A stretch of DNA of 64,000 nt from Patescibacteria group bacterium (GTDB lineage: Bacteria > Patescibacteriota > Patescibacteriia > UBA1558 > UBA10009). The translations under genes and the position numbers were made by a program. The stretch spans positions 65,084 through 129,083 of the forward strand of contig JBAZSE010000001.1 in assembly GCA_041662565.1 (NCBI GenBank). The letters are read 5' to 3'. The notes beneath the pieces were generated by a model that did no database searches, was not told the origin of the DNA, and saw only the letters and a list, made by a program, of their open reading frames with translations. Positions 17,915 through 27,647 of the stretch are shown here, one piece after another (the stretch's first letter is position 1; each line of letters starts with the position of its first letter).

Positions 17915-20509
17915 ATGCTGACTAAAATAGAAAATATAAAATTTTGGCAAATATCTGCGCCAGAAACAGCTAAGGTGTTAGAAACAAATATTAAGGATGG
18001 ACTATCTACTCAAGAAGTAAAAGAACGTCTTAATGTATTTGGCAAAAATACTTTTGAAACATCAAAAAAGACCAGTAAGATTAAAATTTTCTTTAGCCAG
18101 TTAAAAAGTCCCTTAATCCTTGTTCTTATTATTGCCAGTATTGTTACTCTTGTTATTTCTCATTACCGAGATGCTATTTTTATTTTTATTGCCGTCATGG
18201 TAAATTCAGTTTTAGGTTTTTGGCAAGAAAACAAGGCCGAAAACGCTCTGGCTCAGCTTAAAACGTATCTTAAACAAAGAGCTCGGGTAATACGAGAAGG
18301 TAAAGAAAGGGAAATACACGCCGAAGAAATTGTGCCGGGGGATATTATCAGGCTTGCTCAAGGCGATCGTGTGCCGGCAGATGCCAGGGTTATTTTTGTT
18401 AATGATTTTCAGATCGATGAATCTATTTTAACAGGTGAATCTTTGCCGGTTGCGAAATCAACGGATAGCGTGCCGGGATCCGCAAATATCGCTGATCAAA
18501 GTTCAATGATCTTTGCCGGCACTCTGGTTACACAAGGCGTTTGCGCGGCTATAGTTTGCCGTACTGATGCCTATACTGAATTGGGAAAAATTGCCTCTCT
18601 TATTGAAAAATCCGGAAACGAAAAAACGCCTTTACAAAAAGCTATCATCAAATTTAGCGCTTATCTTAGCGTTTTACTTGGGTTGCTTACGCTCGCGGTT
18701 TTTATTATAGGTATTATTTCTGGTAAACCTTGGCTGGAAATGTTTTTAACGGCCGTAGCCATTGCTGTTTCGGCTATACCGGAAGGGTTGCCCATTTCTA
18801 TGACGGTTGTTTTGGCAATTGGAGTAGAAAGAATGGCTAAACGCAAAGGAGTGGTTCGTAAGCTTATCGCGGCCGAAACATTAGGCGGAACAACTGTTAT
18901 TTTAACCGATAAAACCGGTACTTTAACTATGGCTAAAATGGTGCTTTCGCAAATTATTCCTTTTAAATCAACCAAAGAAATAGTACTTAACCACGCTCTT
19001 GCTAATGCTAGCGTGGTAGTTGAAAATCCAGAAGATAAACCGGAGTTATGGCGAATGAATGGTAGAATGATGGAAACAGTTTTGGTGCAATCGGCAGCGC
19101 TTCGAGGCATTCCATTTGCGGAGCTCACGGATAAATCCCAGGTGTTGCAAACCATACCGTTTAACGCGGTTCAAAAATTTTCCGTTTCTCTTATAAAAGA
19201 AGAAGCTAGTCATCTGATGGTTTTATTTGGCGCGCCTGATATTTTATTGGCTCAATCATCTTTAAACGAAAATGATAAAAAAATAATTTTTGAGAAAATT
19301 GATTTATTGGCTTTGTCGGGCGAACGGGTTTTAGGTTTGGCTACTAAAACAATTAAACATACGGAAAATTTTTCTTTGGCTAAAGATTTAGATTTTTCCG
19401 ATTTATCTTTTGACGGGCTGATAACTTTTAGAGACCCAATCAGGCCGGGGATTAAACGCGTTATTGATCAGGTAAAGCAAGCTGGAATAAAAACAGTAAT
19501 AATGACCGGCGATCATCAGGGAACGGCCGTGGCCGTGGCTAAAGAGGTGGGTTTAAGCGTAACCGACGTGTCTGTTCTTGATGCTGCCGAGCTAGCGACT
19601 TTGTCTGACCAATCTTTACGAGAGCGACTTTCGTCTTTAACAGTAATATCCCGAGTTACGCCTTTTGACAAAATAAGGATAGTAAAGGCATTTCAGGAAT
19701 TAGGTGAAATTGTCGCTATGACCGGAGATGGAGTTAATGATGCGCCCAGCATTAAACAGGCTAATGTGGGTATTGCCATGGGGTCAGGGACAGAGGTCTC
19801 TCAAAGCGTGGCCGATTTAGTGCTTTTGGATGATAATTTTGAAACAATAGTTGCGGCTATTGAAGAAGGCCGGCAAATATTTGGTAATATACGGAAAGTT
19901 TTGGTTTATTTGCTTTCAAGCGTTGCTGACGAGCTTATTTTAATTGGCGGGTCGATACTTGCAGGCGTACCATTACCTTTAAACGCTTTGCAAATTTTGT
20001 GGGTCAATTTTTTTACTGATAGTTTTCCGGCTATTGCCTTTGCTTTCGAAAGCGATAAAAATTATCTTTTGCAAAAACCATCAGAGAAAGGTATGGTATT
20101 ATTTAATCCACTTATGAAATTTTTAATTTTAGTCATCGGCGTTTCTACCAGTGCTTTGCTTTTTGCTATTTATTTAATTTTATTACGAATGGGTTTTGAT
20201 CCGGCTCTTGTGACAACATTTATTTTTGCGGCTTTTGGCACTTATACGCTTATACTGGCTTTTTCGGTTAAAAGTTTGGATAAAAGTATTTTTTCATATT
20301 CCTTATTCTCAAATAAATATCTTACTGGCGCGATTGCCCTGGGTTTAATTCTTATGGCAGGGGCAATTTATGTTCCTGCCTTGCAAACGCTTTTTAATAC
20401 CAGGGCTTTGCCTTTTGGCTGGGTGGTTGGCATTGCTTTAGTGAGTATTCTTAATCTTATATTAATAGAAGCGGCCAAGTGGATCTTTAGGCGATTTAAG
20501 AAAAAATAA
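17915..20509 (+). CDS. Cation-transporting P-type ATPase (type II, Ca2+-like)
   Basis: TGES, IPEGLP, DKTGTLT, MTGD, TGDGVND; start moved to ATG 17915 because the TTG at 17825 lies in repeat A. Confidence 0.93.
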   Translation: MLTKIENIKFWQISAPETAKVLETNIKDGLSTQEVKERLNVFGKNTFETSKKTSKIKIFFSQLKSPLILVLIIASIVTLVISHYRDAIFIFIAVMVNSVLGFWQENKAENALAQLKTYLKQRARVIREGKEREIHAEEIVPGDIIRLAQGDRVPADARVIFVNDFQIDESILTGESLPVAKSTDSVPGSANIADQSSMIFAGTLVTQGVCAAIVCRTDAYTELGKIASLIEKSGNEKTPLQKAIIKFSAYLSVLLGLLTLAVFIIGIISGKPWLEMFLTAVAIAVSAIPEGLPISMTVVLAIGVERMAKRKGVVRKLIAAETLGGTTVILTDKTGTLTMAKMVLSQIIPFKSTKEIVLNHALANASVVVENPEDKPELWRMNGRMMETVLVQSAALRGIPFAELTDKSQVLQTIPFNAVQKFSVSLIKEEASHLMVLFGAPDILLAQSSLNENDKKIIFEKIDLLALSGERVLGLATKTIKHTENFSLAKDLDFSDLSFDGLITFRDPIRPGIKRVIDQVKQAGIKTVIMTGDHQGTAVAVAKEVGLSVTDVSVLDAAELATLSDQSLRERLSSLTVISRVTPFDKIRIVKAFQELGEIVAMTGDGVNDAPSIKQANVGIAMGSGTEVSQSVADLVLLDDNFETIVAAIEEGRQIFGNIRKVLVYLLSSVADELILIGGSILAGVPLPLNALQILWVNFFTDSFPAIAFAFESDKNYLLQKPSEKGMVLFNPLMKFLILVIGVSTSALLFAIYLILLRMGFDPALVTTFIFAAFGTYTLILAFSVKSLDKSIFSYSLFSNKYLTGAIALGLILMAGAIYVPALQTLFNTRALPFGWVVGIALVSILNLILIEAAKWIFRRFKKK

Positions 20510-20607
20510 TTGCTGCTTAAAAATCCCAGGCAAGGCTTAAAAATTATTTACTTTAGGAATGAGTTGGAGTTAAAAAAGTGTCAAAAATTATTAAACTTGG
20601 TTATTTC

Positions 20608-20847
20608 ATGATTATCAAAATTTTAGGTTCAGGTTGCCCTAGTTGCCAAAAGCTTGAGCAAAATGTTAAAAAGGCCATTGAGGAATTAGACCTTAATAAT
20701 ATTCAGATAGAAAAAGTGACTGATTACGAAAAAATGTCAGCTTATGGAATTATGAGCGTGCCGGCTTTAGTAATTGATGAACAAGTTAAAGCCTATGGGC
20801 AAGTTTTAACAGTTGAACAGATTAAAAAATTACTTGGCTATGTTTAA
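20608..20847 (+). CDS. Small thioredoxin-like redox-active disulfide protein (MTH895-like)
   Basis: IKILGSGCPSC...MSVPALVID; start set at ATG 20608. Confidence 0.88.
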   Translation: MIIKILGSGCPSCQKLEQNVKKAIEELDLNNIQIEKVTDYEKMSAYGIMSVPALVIDEQVKAYGQVLTVEQIKKLLGYV

Positions 20848-21790
20848 AGTTTTTAGTGATTATTTACTTTATAATCTATTTAATTTGCAGGCTAATTCAA
20901 AATTAGCCGATGTTATTGAATTTTTTATTTATGATACGATCAAAATTTTTATTTTGTTAGCGGTGATTATTTTTATCGTGTCCGTGATCCGTTCATTTTT
21001 GCCTCCGGAAAAAATCCGTTTTATTCTTTCTCATAAAAATAAATACATAGGCAATGTTATTGCTTCTTTGCTTGGTATTATTACGCCTTTTTGTTCCTGC
21101 TCCGCCATTCCGTTATTTTTAGGATTTGTGCAAGCTGGCGTACCATTAGGAACAACCTTTTCTTTCCTTGTGGCTTCGCCAATGATCAACGAAGTGGCTT
21201 TGGTTTTGCTTTTAGGCATGTTTGGTTGGAAAATTGCCTTAGCCTATATTTTTAGTGGATTGGTTATTGCTATCTTGTCCGGTATCATCATTGGAAAAAT
21301 GAAAGTTGAGAATTTAGTTGAACCTTTTGTCTATCAGAATTCCATTAATGCTAAAATCAACCTGCCAAATATGGTTTGGCCGGATCGGTTAATTTACGCT
21401 AAAAATTATACTTGGGATATTATTAAAAAAGTTTGGCCGTATATCATTATCGGCATTGCTCTTGGTGCGTGGATACACGGCTATGTGCCGACTGACTTTT
21501 TAGCCAAGTATGCTGGCGCTGACAAATGGTACGCTGTGCCATTCGCTGTCCTTATCGGTATTCCTCTTTACTCTAACGCCGCCGGTATTATTCCTTTAGT
21601 GGGAGCGTTGGCTGAAAAAGGCGTGGCCATGGGCACCACTTTAGCTTTTATGATGGCTGTTACCGCCCTATCTTTACCAGAGTTTATGATTTTAAAGAGG
21701 GTGATGAAAATCAAGCTTATTTTAATTTTTGCTGGCATTGTTGGGGTGGGAATTATCTTTACGGGCTACTTGTTTAATTGGATGTTGTAG
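20840..21790 (+). CDS. ArsP/DUF318-family permease
   Basis: TPFCSCSAIP, FLVASPMINEV, TALSLPE motifs; multiple TM helices. Confidence 0.88.
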   Translation: MFKVFSDYLLYNLFNLQANSKLADVIEFFIYDTIKIFILLAVIIFIVSVIRSFLPPEKIRFILSHKNKYIGNVIASLLGIITPFCSCSAIPLFLGFVQAGVPLGTTFSFLVASPMINEVALVLLLGMFGWKIALAYIFSGLVIAILSGIIIGKMKVENLVEPFVYQNSINAKINLPNMVWPDRLIYAKNYTWDIIKKVWPYIIIGIALGAWIHGYVPTDFLAKYAGADKWYAVPFAVLIGIPLYSNAAGIIPLVGALAEKGVAMGTTLAFMMAVTALSLPEFMILKRVMKIKLILIFAGIVGVGIIFTGYLFNWML

Positions 21791-21871
21791 TTGATAAAGC
21801 TACGTTTATTATGATACCAAGTTTGATCAAGTGTACTCACACTAAGTGAGTGGTATTCTGAAACAAATTCA

Positions 21872-21910
21872 AGGGGGAACGGACAAGTGTCGTTCCCCCT
21901 CTTTTTATTT
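21872..21910 (+). terminator. Intrinsic terminator (near-identical to 31985)
   Basis: agggggaacg...cgttccccct followed by T-tract. Confidence 0.75.
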
Positions 21911-22004
21911 TCATCGCCCTTGACAATCAGCTTAAAATTTTGTTAAGTTCAGATTGTTTATTGTAAATTCACACACCCCAAAACCCTATTACTATGAGGT
22001 TGCA

Positions 22005-23066
22005 ATGACAGAGGTTCTGATTGTAATTAACCCTGGTTCCACTTCGACGAAATTCGCCGTATGGAGCCGGGAATATTGCGTTTCGGAGCAGGTTGTCCGC
22101 CATGAGGCGAGTCAGCTGGCTCCGCGCGCGGTGGATCAGTTTGACTATCGGCGTGAGCTGATAGATCAGGCGCTTGAGCCGTTGCTCAAGGACTCGGAAG
22201 TGATTGGCGTGGTTGGCCGAGGCGGCTTGCTTAAGCCATTGGCGGGAGGTACTTACCTGGTCAATCAGGCAATGCTTGGCGATCTTAATCTGCCAACGAC
22301 TGGCAACCACGCCTCCAACCTGGGAGCCATACTTGCCTATCACTATGCCCAACGTTTCAGGGTGGATGCCTTTGTGGTGGATCCGGTCACGGTGGACGAG
22401 TTTCTGCCGTTTTCCCGACCAAGTGGCGTTGTTTGGTTCGAGCGAAAAAGCCGTTCTCACGCGCTGAACATTAAATACTCGGTCAACCGAGCGGCTCATG
22501 AGATCGACAAACCGCTCAGCAGAACCCGTTTCGTGGTGGCGCATCTCGGCGGTGGAACTTCCATTGCGGCTGTTCAATTCGGCCGAATCATTGATGTTAA
22601 TGATGCCCTGGCTGGTATGGGGCCTTATTCGCCGGAACGCGCCGGAGCTTTGCCAATCGGCCCGTTGGTCAAGTACGTTCTTGAATCGGGTGCTACCTAT
22701 GAGCAGTTGATTCACGAATTGACCAAGAGATCGGGATTGATGGCTTACTGCGGCACCTCGGATGTACGGGAAGTTATGGTCCAAATTCGAAACGGCAACG
22801 CACAAGCCGCGCTTGCCTTTGGGGCCATGATTTATCAGGATGCCAAAGAAATCGGTGCCATGGCTGTGGCACTGCAAGGCCAACTTGATGCCGTAATCAT
22901 TACCGGCGGGTTGGCGCATTCTCACGATGTCATCCAAACTCTACGGCCGTATATCGAACATCTTGGCCCGATCATCGTTTATCCGGGCGAAGGCGAGCTG
23001 GAAGCTCTGGCCGCCGGGGCTTTCCGCGTGCTTGATGGCGTGGAACCGCCCATAATTTACGTCTAA
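22005..23066 (+). CDS. buk: Butyrate kinase
   Basis: INPGSTSTK, VGRGGLLKP, HASNLGA, HALN, HLGGGTS, TGGLA, YPGE; RBS gaggt before ATG 22005. Confidence 0.93.
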   Translation: MTEVLIVINPGSTSTKFAVWSREYCVSEQVVRHEASQLAPRAVDQFDYRRELIDQALEPLLKDSEVIGVVGRGGLLKPLAGGTYLVNQAMLGDLNLPTTGNHASNLGAILAYHYAQRFRVDAFVVDPVTVDEFLPFSRPSGVVWFERKSRSHALNIKYSVNRAAHEIDKPLSRTRFVVAHLGGGTSIAAVQFGRIIDVNDALAGMGPYSPERAGALPIGPLVKYVLESGATYEQLIHELTKRSGLMAYCGTSDVREVMVQIRNGNAQAALAFGAMIYQDAKEIGAMAVALQGQLDAVIITGGLAHSHDVIQTLRPYIEHLGPIIVYPGEGELEALAAGAFRVLDGVEPPIIYV

Positions 23067-23173
23067 GTCGGTTGAACTTCAACCGTTTCCGGTTAGTCAA
23101 GCAATTGTTTGGCTAACCGTTTTTTTATTTACGGAATAAAAAAACCTGTTCCATGAGGAACAGGTTGGTTAAA

Positions 23174-25081
23174 CTACCTTAGGCGCAATAGGCCCCTAAT
23201 CACATCCTCCTTAAAGCGATGAGGGCTGGTGTGCCTAAAATGAATAACCTGGCGGCGATGCGCCAAGAGAGAAAAAGTGACTTTATGGCTGGTGCAGGCG
23301 ATAAAGTGAAGAAACAGCGTTTCCTCTCCGGCCTGCTTGCCCAATTCAACGGCGGTCATCAGGTTTTCAAACGGATTAATGAATTTGATGTTGTAAGCAC
23401 CAAACTCCTTAATGACTGAGGCCAAGGCGGTTTCTTTACCCGAAAGCCCTCCACCGATGACGACAATTTTTAACCGGTTGACCATGGGCCAATAAAGCGT
23501 TGGATCAAGATCGGTCGGTGTCAGCTGTTTGGCTGGCAATCGCAGAATTGTGGCAGTGGCTAAAGAATCGCCGGCTAAGATAGCTTGCATGAATCGGCTG
23601 TTAGGGCTCAGCAGATTTTTTAGATCTCCCCGTTTTAGCAGATAGCTGATCGTCAGCTTGTCATCCGAGAGAGCCAGTAAAACAAAAGCCAAACGATCCA
23701 GATAAGCTGAGGTTAACTTGTCAAGATCAGGGCAATCTTCTTTGGTTAGCATCAATCTAACTCGGCGTTCCGCTTCTTGACGTCGGTTCAGTTCTGCTTG
23801 AGCTGGTGCGCTGGCCACTGGTTCGGCAAAAAATGCGATCTGTTTGCCCGTGGCTTCTGACTTAGTGTTTCCTTCTCGCTCAATTTTTTGCCAGGCATCC
23901 AGCAGATAGAACAGCTCTCGTTGCCGTTCTAAGAGTGGGGCAATCTTATTAGTTTGTCCAACGGCAATCCGATAGGCAGATTTGAGACGATTCAGTTCAT
24001 CGCCAACAACCTTGGGCCTTATTTTTTGCCAAAGCAAATCAGCTTGATGGCTGAAGTTTTCCGCCAGTTGAACATCGCGGATTCGTTGGCAGGCCGCCCT
24101 GATCTTTAATCTGGCTCGCTGGGTTTTAAGCGGTAACATCAAAAAGCCCAGGTTAGACCAGATCAGCCGGAAAAACATCGGCCAGGTAAGGATGATTCCA
24201 GTTGGCCTGATTTCTTCTTGGATCACGGAATACAAGCCAGGTCTAATTAGGCAGAAAAGACAGAAAGCCAGAATAGCCAGAATGGCAATTAGAGTGAGTC
24301 TGTAGCCCTGGTTTTTCTGACGAACATATTCTTCATGTTGGTTAATGAAGAAGTGACTGTAGGCCAGAATCCAGTTGGCGTTAATGGCGTCATGCTGAGT
24401 TTGCAGGTCTTGTAAATTTTCCTTATTAAGCGTGCTATCCGGTTTATCACTAAACAGGATAATGCCGCTTAAAGTGTAGTAGACCCCGGCAAAGCATTTT
24501 AGCATGGCCAACTCCTCGGGTTGATAAGCGACTTTCATTACTTGCCTTTTGTGAATGTCCTCATCAAGGTTATAGTTGCACCATTGGCCAATCTGCTCTT
24601 TAAAAGCGGTGGCCAATTTCTCTAAGCTCACTTGGCGTTTGTTAGCAGCTTTTTCCATAAAGGTTCGGCTGAACTTAACGCCTGTGATAGTAAAGCAGTC
24701 AGGAGCCGAGTCAAAGTTCTGGTAAAAGATGGTGACCAATGGCGGTGAATTTGGATCAACAGGATCGATTTGGCTCAAGTCAGTCATTTCCTTAACTGGC
24801 TTAAGCGCAATCATTGGATTGCTGTTGGGCCAAAGCAGGCCTAGATATCTCACTAGAACATTCAGGTTGAAATCAACCATGGCTCGTGGATTGTCGTGAA
24901 CGCCAAGAATCTCTCTGTCGGTAATAAAAATGCCAGTACTTGTCAGGCGTGATTTGCCATAGAAATCAGTCGTGTTCTTGGTTAAAGAACCCCACTGAAA
25001 TCCGGTAAAAACAATGATGGCAACAGCCAGCAGTTTTGCCGACCAAGCCAGCATTTTGATAGAAAACGTCGATCGATTCAT
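23174..25081 (-). CDS. Membrane protein with C-terminal DUF2325-like Rossmann domain
   Basis: N-terminal and central TM segments; C-terminal IVVIGG...FIACTSHKV pattern. Confidence 0.55.
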   Translation of the reverse strand: MNRSTFSIKMLAWSAKLLAVAIIVFTGFQWGSLTKNTTDFYGKSRLTSTGIFITDREILGVHDNPRAMVDFNLNVLVRYLGLLWPNSNPMIALKPVKEMTDLSQIDPVDPNSPPLVTIFYQNFDSAPDCFTITGVKFSRTFMEKAANKRQVSLEKLATAFKEQIGQWCNYNLDEDIHKRQVMKVAYQPEELAMLKCFAGVYYTLSGIILFSDKPDSTLNKENLQDLQTQHDAINANWILAYSHFFINQHEEYVRQKNQGYRLTLIAILAILAFCLFCLIRPGLYSVIQEEIRPTGIILTWPMFFRLIWSNLGFLMLPLKTQRARLKIRAACQRIRDVQLAENFSHQADLLWQKIRPKVVGDELNRLKSAYRIAVGQTNKIAPLLERQRELFYLLDAWQKIEREGNTKSEATGKQIAFFAEPVASAPAQAELNRRQEAERRVRLMLTKEDCPDLDKLTSAYLDRLAFVLLALSDDKLTISYLLKRGDLKNLLSPNSRFMQAILAGDSLATATILRLPAKQLTPTDLDPTLYWPMVNRLKIVVIGGGLSGKETALASVIKEFGAYNIKFINPFENLMTAVELGKQAGEETLFLHFIACTSHKVTFSLLAHRRQVIHFRHTSPHRFKEDVIRGLLRLR

Positions 25082-25194
25082 TTTCTCTCTCCAATAGGTT
25101 GTAAGGAACTATTTTGTCCGCTTCGCCAAAAGAGCGAGGCGAGTTTGACAAGAAAAATTAACATAAAAAGTTGATTCAGTCAAGATTTTAAGAC

Positions 25195-25225
25195 TTGACA
25201 GTAATGTTAGAATAATCTAACATTA
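25195..25225 (+). promoter_or_regulatory. Promoter with overlapping palindromic operator
   Basis: TTGACA-17 bp-TAACAT; perfect inverted repeat TAATGTTAGA-ataa-TCTAACATTA at 25202-25225. Confidence 0.7.
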
Positions 25226-25252
25226 AGATAGTTAATCATTAACCTATTAATC

Positions 25253-25627
25253 ATGACTCTTAAAAGTTTTACTTTAGTCAGGACAGCCACGGCTTTTGTT
25301 TTGGCTATCACCATCTCTTTGTTTATTGTCCGCGGTAATTTTTATCTGCCTTTGGCGGCCATGGCCGCGGCCGTGGTAGTTTTGTTGTTTGCCAAAAGCA
25401 AGGTTAAAGATGTTTTGTATGACGAGCGCGATTTGTTGCTGGCAGGTAAGGCGGCCATGTACTCAATTAAAATTTACGGCTTGCTGGCCGCTAGTTTGGT
25501 TATGGTTTTGTTGGCCCTTAAAAAAGGCGATCCTGTTTGGGAGCCGGTTGGTTCAGCCCTAGCTTATTCTGTCTGTTTTTTGCTGGTTTTGTACAGTTTG
25601 TTTTATAAATTTTTGGCCAGAAAATAA
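25253..25627 (+). CDS. DUF2178-like membrane protein
   Basis: Four TM helices with central DERD...GKAA; paired with XRE gene. Confidence 0.75.
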   Translation: MTLKSFTLVRTATAFVLAITISLFIVRGNFYLPLAAMAAAVVVLLFAKSKVKDVLYDERDLLLAGKAAMYSIKIYGLLAASLVMVLLALKKGDPVWEPVGSALAYSVCFLLVLYSLFYKFLARK

Positions 25628-25630
25628 TCT

Positions 25631-25825
25631 ATGACCAATAAAGTTAAAGAGTTAAGGCAAAAATTTAATTTAACCCAGGAAGATTTAGCCCGCCAAGTTG
25701 GCGTTAGGCGAGAAACCATTGTTTTTTTGGAGCAGAATAAATATATTCCTTCCTTAAAACTAGCCTTTGATCTAGCTGGTATTTTTAAAACCACAGTTGA
25801 TGATTTATTCAGTTTTAAAGATTGA
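25631..25825 (+). CDS. XRE-family HTH regulator
   Basis: LTQEDLARQVGVRRETI...YIPSLKLAF...DDLF. Confidence 0.92.
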   Translation: MTNKVKELRQKFNLTQEDLARQVGVRRETIVFLEQNKYIPSLKLAFDLAGIFKTTVDDLFSFKD

Positions 25826-25850
25826 TTTTAGCCGTAAATTTTTTAATAAT

Positions 25851-26150
25851 ATGGAAATTAATTTAGAAAATTTTTTGTTTTCACCGTCTGTTTATATTTT
25901 AGCCGTTTACTTGGCGATAAATTTATTCGCTTTTTTGGCTATGTGGTGGGATAAGCAAAAATCCATTGATCACAACAGGCGTATTCCCGAAGGCAAGTTG
26001 TTATTTTGGGCCATGGCTTTTGGCGCTTTAGGCGTTGGCTTGGGTATGCTGTGTTTTAGGCATAAAATCAGAACCTGGTATTTTTATTTGGGCGTGCCGT
26101 TGGCTTTAATGACCAACATTATTGTTTTAAGATTTTTTAGCGTCATTTGA
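25851..26150 (+). CDS. DUF1294-family membrane protein
   Basis: WWDKQKS...RRIPE...GALG...FRHK. Confidence 0.85.
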   Translation: MEINLENFLFSPSVYILAVYLAINLFAFLAMWWDKQKSIDHNRRIPEGKLLFWAMAFGALGVGLGMLCFRHKIRTWYFYLGVPLALMTNIIVLRFFSVI

Positions 26151-26227
26151 TTTAGATATAGATTTCTGCGCTAAGTTGCTAATAAAAAAAGGCGCTCATC
26201 CGGTAAAAGACGAGCGCGAAGGTGGGT

Positions 26228-27136
26228 TTATTTTTTGCACACAATCAGTCGGACTTTTAGGTCTTCATAATTGAGGTAAAATATGCCCCAAGGCGAGGCC
26301 ACAAAATGGCAGCAACCTTTAGGGGTAGATACCCTAATCGGCGCGATGCCACTTTTTGGCCAAGGCCAGAGTAAGAGTTCGGATTCCTCTTTATAGACAA
26401 CGCCCCATTCGGTTGTCTCGTAGAAGTAACCAAACCTCGGCGTAGGATTGGATTTGGAGCTTTTATGGCCTTTCACAAAAAGGCGCAGGAAGCGAATTTG
26501 GCCAATTTCTGTCGGCCTGATTTTTTGACCTGGTGTAGTGGCTAATGCTTGGCTGACTACGCCATCCCAATTAAGGATCGAGCGGAGACGTATCCCAGAG
26601 GATCCTTCTAGGATTTTATGAACATACTTCGCCGGCCGAAGATGCTGTAGCGGAATCTCCAAGGGCAGGGGAGTTTCTACCCCTTGCCAGTTGGTCAGGA
26701 AAAATTCCTTCTCACGTTTGTTGATTACTCCTTCCGCGGTACAGAACCAGTCTGCCGACAACTGGATAATTGCCACGTTGCAATCGCGTCTGCTAAGGTC
26801 AGACCAGCTTAGGTGCGGCATGTCTGCATCTTCAAATAGGCGGATCAGCTTGTCATCGGGAGTTAGAAACCAACCCCTAGAGAGAATACCTTCTCCCTCT
26901 ACATCATTCTCAAAACTTCGCCATTGGCGACCCTCCCAGTTCCAGAATTGAACCAGGCCATTGTGATTTTCGGTCGCCACACCCTTGGAGCAGACCTCAA
27001 GTTGCGAAATTTTACCCGTTAGGGTAATTGGCAATTCAATAATGCTGCCGTGTTCGGTATTGCCGATGATCTGCGCAATCCTAATGGCTTTGGCCATGTG
27101 ATACCTTTCAGTTAAACTTTGAACGAACAAGAACAA
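26228..27136 (-). CDS. Hypothetical Trp-rich protein (possibly beta-propeller-like)
   Basis: 302-aa ORF with own promoter and terminator; start probably MAKAI. Confidence 0.6.
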   Translation of the reverse strand: MFLFVQSLTERYHMAKAIRIAQIIGNTEHGSIIELPITLTGKISQLEVCSKGVATENHNGLVQFWNWEGRQWRSFENDVEGEGILSRGWFLTPDDKLIRLFEDADMPHLSWSDLSRRDCNVAIIQLSADWFCTAEGVINKREKEFFLTNWQGVETPLPLEIPLQHLRPAKYVHKILEGSSGIRLRSILNWDGVVSQALATTPGQKIRPTEIGQIRFLRLFVKGHKSSKSNPTPRFGYFYETTEWGVVYKEESELLLWPWPKSGIAPIRVSTPKGCCHFVASPWGIFYLNYEDLKVRLIVCKK

Positions 27137-27244
27137 CTTTGGATAATATCATTTTTTAAACAGATTGTCAATTATTTAAATAATTTAAGTAAACAAAAAA
27201 CCCTCACCGAGACGGTGGGGGTTCTTAGTAAACTACGTTTAGTA

Positions 27245-27442
27245 TTAAACGCGGTTAACGTTGATGGCGTTTAATCCTTTAGGAGATTCTTCGGTTTCAA
27301 AGGTAACGTTGTCGCCTTCGTGGAGTTCATTAAAACTTACTCCGACCAAAGAATTGCTGTGGAAGAAAATACCTTTATCTTGACCTTCAGCAGTGATAAA
27401 ACCAAAGCCTTTGTCGGTCAATTTATTGATTGTTCCATTCAT
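27245..27442 (-). CDS. Cold-shock domain protein
   Basis: KGFGFI and IFFH RNP motifs; 65 aa. Confidence 0.95.
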   Translation of the reverse strand: MNGTINKLTDKGFGFITAEGQDKGIFFHSNSLVGVSFNELHEGDNVTFETEESPKGLNAINVNRV

Positions 27443-27647
27443 TGATTTAGAATGTTATGAAATTAAAGTGTAAGTTGGTAGATTTTTAAAAGTCGACTAT
27501 TTTTTGAAAATATATAACTTTACCAAATGAGTATAACATAGATATATTGTTATGTCAAGCCCCAAATAGGTGCTTGCCTCCTGGGTCTGGTAATTTTCAT
27601 AAATATGTGTTATTCTGTTTCAACTTGCCTTAAATATTCATTATTAT

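Noticed and set aside
21969-22937. 322-aa antisense ORF
   Set aside because: Shadow of buk with no recognisable motifs; the same applies to 6827..7507, 9576..10202 and other ORFs nested in conserved genes.
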